Positions 28,024 through 35,104 of a DNA stretch of 64,000 nucleotides are shown piece by piece. The stretch covers positions 90,693 through 154,692 of the forward strand of contig CAWCQS010000017.1 in NCBI GenBank assembly GCA_963797715.1. Direction: 5' to 3'. Every line of letters starts with the position of its first letter. The first letter of the stretch is position 1. A model generated the notes under the pieces. That model saw only the letters and a list, made by a program, of their open reading frames with translations. It was not told the DNA's origin and ran no database searches. The translations under genes were made by a program, and so were the position numbers. Source of the DNA: an uncultured Acidobacteriota bacterium. Its GTDB lineage: Bacteria > Acidobacteriota > Vicinamibacteria > Vicinamibacterales > 2-12-FULL-66-21.

Positions 28024-28306
28024 GCTGTCCAAAACCTCTTATCGCTGAGCACGCCGAGGACGCGCAGAGCCGATCACTAGTGAACTGACAGACGGTCGCG
28101 TCGCCGGCCGGCACGGCCGGCAAGTGGTATCGAATGGACGGCCAAATCAAAGCACCGATCGATCGCGGCGGTGTTTTGATTTGACCGTCCATTCGATACC
28201 ACCCGCGCGTACGCGCGGCGCGACCGGCGTGGAAACATCAGTATCGACTTCCTCGGCGGTCTCTGCGCGTCCTCGGCGTGCTCAGCGATGATGCTTTGAG
28301 ACAGTG
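28024..28306. repeat. nested-palindrome MITE-like element, copy A
   Basis: There is a perfect 29-bp outer inverted repeat: 28041..28069 (ATCGCTGAGCACGCCGAGGACGCGCAGAG) against 28261..28289. The inner hairpin is 28126..28151 (GGTATCGAATGGACGGCCAAATCAAA) against 28175..28200, 26 bp with one mismatch. The core blocks GGTCGCGTCGCCGGCCGGCACGGCCGGC and ACCCGCGCGTACGCGCGGCGCGACC are shared with copy B at 39289..39512. The ends (CTGTCCAAAACC ... TTTGAGACAGTG) resemble those of copy B. Confidence 0.75.
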
Positions 28307-28333
28307 TGACAGTGAACGATGTCGGGGTCGTCC

Positions 28334-29650
28334 TCAGCGGCCGGCAAAGAGCACGGCCAGCGTATCGAGATCGACGGCGTTCCCCATTGCCTGATAACCC
28401 GCGCGATTCGGGTGAACACGATCGCCGGGCCCGCCGATGGTGCTGTTCGGTTGATACGCGGCGCGCAGGCCGCCGGTTGCCGGATCCCTCGTCGCGAGAT
28501 CGAAATCAAAGACGCCGTCGAACGAGCCCGGCGTCTTGATGAACGCATTGATGGCCTGACGCTCGGCGTCGGCCTCTGTCGTCCCATGTGCGGTCGTGCT
28601 GCCGAGGCTGGGAACGATGGTGGCGCCGAACATCTTGAGGCCACGGGCACGACCCCTGGCAGCAACGTCCTTCATGCCGGCGATCACGGTATCCGCCTTG
28701 ACGCCGGCGCCGAGATCGTTGATGCCCTCGAGCCAGATCACGCCACGAACTCCCGACAGCGAGGCAACGTCCCGCTCGAAGCGCTCGACGGCCGATGGTC
28801 CGCCAGCCACAGGATTTGCCGCCGAATACGGTGGCGATGTCACGCGGTTGCCGCCAATGCCGGCGTTGACGACCGACACTCGCGCGCCGTACCTCGCATG
28901 CAGCCGGCGTGACAGCACATCGGGCCAGCGGTCGTCGCCATTCAACGTCGACGCGGTTCCGTCGGTGATCGAATCCCCGAAGCAGGCAATCACCACCGTG
29001 CCCTCCGGCGCCATCACGTCGATCGCGTCCAGGAAGTACCACGATGTTGTCGTGAATGTGAACCGGCTGTCGGTCTCGTCGCGGCCATGACTGCCCGAAC
29101 GCGGCGCCGTCAGATACGACGTCTGGAGCGCCTTGGCGTGCCACGTCATCGGACCGCTCGCACCGACAACGTGGAAGCTCACGGCAAGCTTCCGGCCGTC
29201 GAGCATCCGGTCGGCGGGATCTTTGACAAACGCCAGATCGACCGCATCGCTGATGGCTGTGCCGCCTGCCGGAACAGCCATCTCTGACTTTCCCATGAAC
29301 GTCACCTGACGGTTCGTGCCAGCGGCGACGTTCCCGCCGCTGCTCTGCACACCGACAAACACATCGTCAATGACGACAGTACGTGCGCCGAAGACGTTAA
29401 TGAAGCGCAGGCGTGCCGACTTGCCCCAGAGATCGGGTTTGACGATCAGGCGAAACGTCTGGTCGACGGCCTCGGCATTCTCGAGAACCGACGACAGGTC
29501 GGGTTGAGCGGATGGATTGCCCGAGGGATACGGGCCGTGTGGCGATGCGGCCCATGCTGCGACCCAGTGGTCCGCGCGCAACGTCGCACGCGGATGGGCG
29601 GTCGACATGGCAGCCAGGCAACCGATAGCGAAAAAACCAAACGGTTTCAT
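28334..29650 (-). CDS. SGNH/GDSL hydrolase family protein (exported)
   Basis: Intact 438 aa with a signal peptide and an N-terminal beta-rich domain. The SGNH blocks follow: IACFGDSITDG, NAGIGGNRV, WLEGINDL and GDRVHPN. Confidence 0.85.
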   Translation of the reverse strand: MKPFGFFAIGCLAAMSTAHPRATLRADHWVAAWAASPHGPYPSGNPSAQPDLSSVLENAEAVDQTFRLIVKPDLWGKSARLRFINVFGARTVVIDDVFVGVQSSGGNVAAGTNRQVTFMGKSEMAVPAGGTAISDAVDLAFVKDPADRMLDGRKLAVSFHVVGASGPMTWHAKALQTSYLTAPRSGSHGRDETDSRFTFTTTSWYFLDAIDVMAPEGTVVIACFGDSITDGTASTLNGDDRWPDVLSRRLHARYGARVSVVNAGIGGNRVTSPPYSAANPVAGGPSAVERFERDVASLSGVRGVIWLEGINDLGAGVKADTVIAGMKDVAARGRARGLKMFGATIVPSLGSTTAHGTTEADAERQAINAFIKTPGSFDGVFDFDLATRDPATGGLRAAYQPNSTIGGPGDRVHPNRAGYQAMGNAVDLDTLAVLFAGR

Positions 29651-29744
29651 TCGAAGACCTCTAGAGAGACAGCCTCGAATGATACGCGAGCAGTGTAGTG
29701 CGGCCGGTCCTTTTCGAGCCCCGAGCCCGGATCCCGAACCCGCG

Positions 29745-31526
29745 TTAGTTGGCGTTCGCCACCGGCACGCCGACGTGATACCAGCAGCTTACCGCCTCGC
29801 CGCGGCGCTTGGCCGGAGCGAACGTCCACTTCTTCACCGCTGCGACGATCGCATCGTCCAGCGATGCGCCGGCCTTGGAGCGCCGCAGGATGTTGACCAT
29901 CATCGGGTGGCCGGCCTGCGTGACGAGGATGCGAACGATGACGACTTCGTTCAGCTGACGATCGCGCAAGTCGTCGGGGAGCTGCGGCTCGACCCGATTC
30001 AACACGCGCGGCACCTCGCTGACGTCGCGCAGTTCGAAGAACGGACCGATCGGCGCGGCGGGCGCCTCAGGCTTGGGCTCGGGCGCAGCCACCGGAACCG
30101 GGGGCGCGACCTCTGGAGCCGGCACCACTGCCGCCGCACTCGACGCCGGCACAACGGCAGCGGGTCGAGGCGGAGCAACGGGTTGCCGAGCGGTCTTGAC
30201 TGGAGATTTGACGGCCGCGGCACGGGCCGCGGCAGCAGGCTTGGGCGCCGCCGGAACGACGGGCTGCGCCTTGGATGTCGTTGCGACTGCCGTCTCCGCT
30301 CGAGCGACCACGACAGGCTCTGGAGGCATCACGGGCAGCGAGCGACGCTCTGGTGCTGGCGCGGGCGCCGGCGCCACGGCCGGTGCAGGCATGACTGCCG
30401 GCTCGGACTGGTCGTGGTCCTGGACGATCGCCGGGGTCTGCTGGCCAAGCCACAGCTTGCTGAGCGGGAACCCAATCGCCGCAAGCGCGACCGTCACCGC
30501 CACGATCGCCGCCACTTTCCTGGCGCCGCTCGCTGGCTCTCGTGCTGGGGCAGACGGCGACAAAACGCGTGGTTGAGCGGGCTTTGGCGCCGCTTCAGCT
30601 GGGGGCCCCTGCGGGTGTGAAGCTGCGGCCCCGTCCAACGCTGGCGCCGGTTCGGCGGCTGGCAACGGTGCAACGGACGGTCTGACCTTTATCTGAATCG
30701 CGGGGCTTGGCTGCACGGCCGCGAGCGGAGCGGGAGGCGCAAGGTTGACTGGTGCCGGCACCACAGGCGCGGCTGGAACCACGGCCGGCGCGTCTTCGAT
30801 CACAGCCGCTGTTGCAACCTGCTGCACGTCAACGCTGACAGACTCGGACTGCGGTGCGGCTGACACCGCTGGCATCTCCTCGGGCGCCGGCGCGGCGACA
30901 GCTTGCGACGGCTCCGACGCTGGCGATGCCGGCGGCGGCTCGAGCAACGCCTGGAACGTTTCACGGCACGTCGGGCAGAGATCGCCGTCCTCGGCCTGAC
31001 CACCACACACTTCGCATCGCACGAACGGCGCATCGCCATCGCCATGCGACGCCGGGACGTCGACAGGCCGCGTGTCGGTGTACAACTCGACGGTGGCGGC
31101 GGACGCAATGTTCGCGGACGGCTCGACCCAATCACTTGTCGACGCGGCACGCGGCGCGGCAGGCTTCACGACGGGAGCAGCAACGGAAACGGGCGCAGAG
31201 ACAGGCGCGGGAGCCGGGTCAACGGGCACCTGTCCTGCGAAATGTGCTTCGAGAATTGGATCGAGAAATCCCGGTCCGCCGGCGGGGGTTGCGGACGCGG
31301 GCACAGCAGCGACAACACTCGAAGGCTCGGGGTTTGAAAAGTGCACGCCGACCAACCGATCGGCGCTCGCCGATGGCTCGGGAAGTTCAGCCTCCGGCGC
31401 GTGCTCGCACACGGGTGCCGGTGCGCTTTCGATCGCCCGCCTCTCCTGCAAGGACAGTTTGCGGCCACAGCATTCGCAGTAGTGGCCAGGAGTCAGCGGT
31501 TCCGTTTTGCATTCGTCGCAGCGCAC
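29745..31526 (-). CDS. TonB-family protein with two N-terminal zinc-ribbon motifs and a long Pro/Ala-rich linker
   Basis: I place the start at GTG 31526, 5 nt after a GGAGG (minus strand GGAGGTATCGTG). The zinc ribbons are CDECK...CECCGRKL and CEVCGG...CPTCRETF. The TM segment is AAIVAVTVALAAIGFPL. The linker is about 250 aa of P/A/V-rich sequence. The TonB_C domain is NRVEPQLPDDLRDRQLNEVVIVRILVTQAGHPMMVNILRRS...AVKKWTFAPAKRRGEAV. Confidence 0.75.
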   Translation of the reverse strand: MRCDECKTEPLTPGHYCECCGRKLSLQERRAIESAPAPVCEHAPEAELPEPSASADRLVGVHFSNPEPSSVVAAVPASATPAGGPGFLDPILEAHFAGQVPVDPAPAPVSAPVSVAAPVVKPAAPRAASTSDWVEPSANIASAATVELYTDTRPVDVPASHGDGDAPFVRCEVCGGQAEDGDLCPTCRETFQALLEPPPASPASEPSQAVAAPAPEEMPAVSAAPQSESVSVDVQQVATAAVIEDAPAVVPAAPVVPAPVNLAPPAPLAAVQPSPAIQIKVRPSVAPLPAAEPAPALDGAAASHPQGPPAEAAPKPAQPRVLSPSAPAREPASGARKVAAIVAVTVALAAIGFPLSKLWLGQQTPAIVQDHDQSEPAVMPAPAVAPAPAPAPERRSLPVMPPEPVVVARAETAVATTSKAQPVVPAAPKPAAAARAAAVKSPVKTARQPVAPPRPAAVVPASSAAAVVPAPEVAPPVPVAAPEPKPEAPAAPIGPFFELRDVSEVPRVLNRVEPQLPDDLRDRQLNEVVIVRILVTQAGHPMMVNILRRSKAGASLDDAIVAAVKKWTFAPAKRRGEAVSCWYHVGVPVANAN

Positions 31527-31566
31527 GATACCTCCCTGGGCGTTCGTCGAGGGCCGGTGCCTGAAA

Positions 31567-31583
31567 TGGCAAGGGCCCTGCCA
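31567..31583 (-). promoter_or_regulatory. sigma-54-like -24/-12 element (palindromic) upstream of the TonB-family gene
   Basis: The minus strand reads TGGCAGG-GCCC-TTGCC, against the consensus TGGCACG-N4-TTGCW, and ends 41 nt before GTG 31526. The site is also a palindrome (plus strand TGGCAAGGGCCCTGCCA), so it could instead be a protein operator. Confidence 0.3.
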
Positions 31584-31696
31584 AACGCGAGGAGGCCTCG
31601 CTCTGCACCTTTTGCTGAGGATTTCTGCGCCTGCTCCCGTCGTAGCGGGCGCAACCGACAAATAACGTCACTCGCAGGTGCCGGAAATTGGCAGTG

Positions 31697-32344
31697 CTAC
31701 TGGATAACGACATAGCGCCAGAGACGCGTCGTCTCCTTGGCGCCGACGTACTTGCCGATCTCCTTGTCGAACTGTTCCTTGGTTTTCCAGGGACGATATT
31801 CCTTGAACTCGCGCACCATTCGCTGCCCGGCGCCGGGAATGGAGAGGATGTCCTCGTCGTTTGCCGTATTGAGATTCACGGGGATGAAAACGTACTGCTT
31901 GAGGCGATCGGTTTCGGCCTGCCCGACGTACTTGCCGATCTCCTTGTCGAACTGCGCCCACGTCTTCCACGGACGGTACTCATCGAACTCGCGCACCATT
32001 CGCTTGCCGGCGCCGGGAATCAGCAGAATCTCCTCGGGCGTACCGGTATTGAGATTCACGTGCACGAAGGTCTTGCCGTAAATCTCGGTCAGTTGCGCCG
32101 GCGTCAGCGACTGGCTCGTCAGAAACGCATTGAGATCGACGATGCTCGCAAACGGCCGCTTCTCGAGCAGGCCCTTGACGATGGCCGGGGTCATGTGAGG
32201 CATCGCCAGGAGATCGCTCTCGGCGGCAGTATTGGTGTCGACGATCGTGCCCTTGCCAACCTGTCCATAGACAACCGAGCCGATACTCACGGCGACGGAA
32301 ATCGCCGCAATGCTGACGGTTTGCAACCACAGATGCCGATTCAT
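31697..32344 (-). CDS. exported helix-hairpin-helix (ComEA-like) repeat protein
   Basis: 215 aa with a signal/TM segment and three HhH-like modules (DTNTAAESDLLAMPHMTPAIVKGLL, NLNTGTPEEILLIPGAGKRMV, NLNTANDEDILSIPGAGQRMV). The ATG overlaps the stop of the upstream gene (ATGA). Confidence 0.75.
   Translation of the reverse strand: MNRHLWLQTVSIAAISVAVSIGSVVYGQVGKGTIVDTNTAAESDLLAMPHMTPAIVKGLLEKRPFASIVDLNAFLTSQSLTPAQLTEIYGKTFVHVNLNTGTPEEILLIPGAGKRMVREFDEYRPWKTWAQFDKEIGKYVGQAETDRLKQYVFIPVNLNTANDEDILSIPGAGQRMVREFKEYRPWKTKEQFDKEIGKYVGAKETTRLWRYVVIQ
31700..32059 (-). repeat. 2 x 180-bp in-frame tandem duplication inside the HhH gene
   Basis: CCGACGTACTTGCCGATCTCCTTGTCGAACTG occurs at 31743 and again at 31923. 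It encodes a 60-aa repeat: VNLNT..(I/L)PGAG.RMVREF.EYRPWKT..QFDKEIGKYVG..ET.RL..YV. Confidence 0.85.
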
Positions 32345-32808
32345 GCGAGGCTCTCTTTCTTAGATAGAGAAGGCGAGTCGAGACGGTACGCGCACACGAG
32401 GCCAAGTAGTCCGAGCAGCGCCATGTTTCCCGGCGCCAGCGCCGGCGGAGCCTTGGCCCGCATCACGCTCGAGAACAGGGCGAAGCCGCCCATGGATGGA
32501 TCCATTTCCAGCTTGAACTCCATGTTCGCGCGGTAGTGCAGGACGGTACCCAACCCACCGCTGACGATCAAGAGGATCATAGCCAGGCGGAATACCCGAG
32601 CCAGACCCGCCCGATGGCGCGTGACGGCCATCGCCACACTGGCGATCGTAGCGATGGCAATCACGGCGAGCGGGATCAATTGCCAGGCGTCCTCGTCATG
32701 CCCCATGAGGACGAGCTCAGTCGCCGTGCCGACGAGTCCGAACAGCAGCAGCCACAGGAGCAGCCGTCTGAGCGCGGCGAGCGTCGCGAATGGGGATGAC
32801 TCTGGCAC
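32341..32808 (-). CDS. hypothetical four-TM membrane protein (start uncertain)
   Basis: Only the C-terminal 155 aa of ORF 32341..33108 look like protein (LLLWLLLFGLVGTATELVLMG, LIPLAVIAIATIASVAMAV, LAMILLIVSGGLGTVLHY, APGNMALLGLLGLVCAY). GTG 32808 is proposed as the start. The upstream part overlaps the next gene. Confidence 0.5.
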   Translation of the reverse strand: MPESSPFATLAALRRLLLWLLLFGLVGTATELVLMGHDEDAWQLIPLAVIAIATIASVAMAVTRHRAGLARVFRLAMILLIVSGGLGTVLHYRANMEFKLEMDPSMGGFALFSSVMRAKAPPALAPGNMALLGLLGLVCAYRLDSPSLSKKESLA

Positions 32809-32860
32809 CTTACGACCTTGGACACGCGCCGCCGCCGTCTTATTCCCACCGCGCGTCCAG

Positions 32861-33685
32861 CTATTTTGGCATGCCGAAGGCCTGCGCGATTTTTCCGAGG
32901 CCGCCTTCGACCGCGCCCCATGCCGTCTGCGCGCCCGATGGCAGCGAGCGTCCGGCCGCGGCGGATCGAATGCTGGCGGCGTGCTGGAGCAGCGCCTTGG
33001 CCTCGCCTGATGCGGGCTTCCCATCACCGACGAGTGAGGCGAGCTTCTTTGCCTCGTCCTTGAATCCTCCGACATCCTTGACCGCGGCTTCGCGTGTCGC
33101 CTTATCAACCGTCGTGTCTTTCTTCAACGACGAGTCGAGCTCCTTCTTGAACGCATCGGCGTTCTTGGCGATGTCGTCCGCGGTCTTCTTCACCTCGCCG
33201 TCGTTCAAGCGGCGTGCCTGCTGCCCTTCGGGAAGCGGCATCGTCGTGCCGTACTGCGCGGCGAGGACGACGAGGCTCGCCGACAGGCGATTCCACTCGC
33301 TCGCTCCATCGAAATCGGGCGGCAGCGTCGACATGTATCGCTGGATGCCGCTGCCCTGCCGGAGGACGGTCGTTACTTCGGCGCTGGCCGCGTACTGAGG
33401 CGTGAAGCGGCCTTTCAACTTGTCCATGTTCTCCTGCAAATCATCGAGAAACTTCTCAACGTTGACCTCGCCACCCGGACCGCGGATGATGCTGCGCTTC
33501 ACTTTGCCGTCGAGCTGGTCTTCGAAGCGATCGCGCTCGTTATCGATCCGATCAAGTAGTTCCTTGATGGCCTTGTCGTTGAGTCGGTCTCCCGTCGGCG
33601 CTTGTCCACCTACTGGCGTTCCGACAAATGCGAACAGCGCCGTCGTCGCAAACGCCAAGACGGTGACGGTAGGTCGTATCCTCAT
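32861..33685 (-). CDS. hypothetical exported alpha-helical protein
   Basis: The start is ATG 33685 (MRIRPTVTVLAFATTALFAFVGTPVGGQA, a signal peptide). The sequence is charged and helical (KAIKELLDRIDNERDRFEDQLD...). No family was recognised. Confidence 0.6.
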   Translation of the reverse strand: MRIRPTVTVLAFATTALFAFVGTPVGGQAPTGDRLNDKAIKELLDRIDNERDRFEDQLDGKVKRSIIRGPGGEVNVEKFLDDLQENMDKLKGRFTPQYAASAEVTTVLRQGSGIQRYMSTLPPDFDGASEWNRLSASLVVLAAQYGTTMPLPEGQQARRLNDGEVKKTADDIAKNADAFKKELDSSLKKDTTVDKATREAAVKDVGGFKDEAKKLASLVGDGKPASGEAKALLQHAASIRSAAAGRSLPSGAQTAWGAVEGGLGKIAQAFGMPK

Positions 33686-33807
33686 AAGTCTCCTCGTTAC
33701 TGCTCGGGCTGGACTATATCGGTCGGCGTGCGTGGACACCACTAGACCTTGGTAGTACTCCCGACGGCGAAACCGGCCGGTGTTGCACACATCCGAGAGA
33801 ACATGTT

Positions 33808-35104
33808 GTGATCGTGGAAGTGACTGCTACCGATACACATCGAGCGATTGATGCGGTCTGGCGCATCGAGTCGCCAAAGCTCATCGCCGCGCTGGCGCGG
33901 ATGGTTGGGGACATTGGAATTGCCGAGGACCTGGCACAGGATGCCCTCGTCGCCGCACTTCAGCAGTGGCCGGGGTCTGGCGTTCCCCGCAATCCCGGCG
34001 CGTGGCTCATGGCCGCTGCCAAGCATCGCGCCGTCGACTTCTGGCGGCGCCGGAAGTTGCTCGATCGCAAGCACGACGAGCTCGGCTACACGCTCGAGGC
34101 CAAGGAGCACACGATTCCCGACCTCGAAGCGGCGCTCGACGAACAGGCAGCGGATGTCGGCGACGATCTGCTTCGCCTGATCTTCACGGCGTGCCATCCC
34201 GTCCTCTCGACCGAGGCACGCGTGGCGCTGACGCTACGGCTGCTCGGTGGGCTGACGACCGAAGAAATCGCCCGTGCGTTTCTGGTCCCCGAGCCGACCA
34301 TCGCGCAGCGCATCGTACGGGCGAAGCGTACGCTCGCCGACAAGCACGTCCCTTTCGAAGTCCCGCGTGGCGACGAGCGCACCGCACGGTTGTCGTCGGT
34401 GCTTGGCGTGATCTATCTGATCTTCAACGAAGGCTACACCGCGACGGCTGGCGGCGACTGGATGCGGCCAGCCCTGTGCGAAGATGCACTGCGCCTCGGG
34501 CGCGTGCTCAGCGCGCTCGTGCCGGAAGAGCCCGAAGTGCACGGCCTCGTTGCGCTGATGGAAATCCAGGCATCGCGGTCGAGGGCACGTGTCGGCCCTG
34601 CGGGTGAGCCGATCGTGCTCCTCGAACAGAACCGGGCGCTCTGGGATCAGCTCCTGATCCGTCGCGGTCTCGCCGGCACTGGCTCGCGCCGAATCGCTCG
34701 CCGCGGAGCGCGGGTCGTACACTATTCAGGCGGCGATTGCGGCCTGCCATGGGCGGGCGCGCACGCCCGGCGACACCGACTGGCAGCGCATCGCCGCGCT
34801 CTACGAGGATCTTCTGCGGATCACGCCTTCGCCCGTCGTGCAGCTCAATCGCGCCGTTGCCGTGGCGATGGCGTCAGGACCGGAAGCCGGCCTGCAGATC
34901 GTCGATACGCTTCGCGATGAGCCCTCGCTCCAGGGCTATCACCTCCTGCCGAGCGTTCGTGGCGACTTGCTCGCCAGAATCGGCCGGAACGACGATGCGC
35001 GGGTCGAGTTCGAGCGCGCCGCCGGGCTGACACGAAACGCGCGCGAGCGCGAGCTGCTGCTCGAGCGCGCTCGAACGAGCGTCAGTCCGCCCGCAGCGCC
35101 TTGA
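33808..35104 (+). pseudogene. ECF-like sigma-70 family factor with long C-terminal (DUF6596/TPR-like) extension, one frameshift
   Basis: Region 2 is RIESPKLIAALARMVGDIGIAEDLAQDALVAALQQWP...PGAWLMAAAKHRAVDFWRR. Region 4 is RVALTLRLLGGLTTEEIARAFLVPEPTIAQRIVRAKRTL. The extension is YLIFNEGY...GLVALMEIQASR. Deleting one G from the GG run at 34676..34677 gives GLAALARAESLAAERGSYTIQAAIAACHGRA...VVQLNRAVAVAMA, which continues into ORF 34838..35104. Confidence 0.8.

Noticed and set aside
33769-33795. GAAAC-N16-CATCCG upstream of the second sigma gene, resembling the GGAAC-N17-CATCCA motif.
   Set aside because: Only 3 + 5 nt are shared, the spacing differs by one, and the -10-like box is 13 nt from the annotated GTG start. 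In GC-rich DNA this cannot be distinguished from chance.
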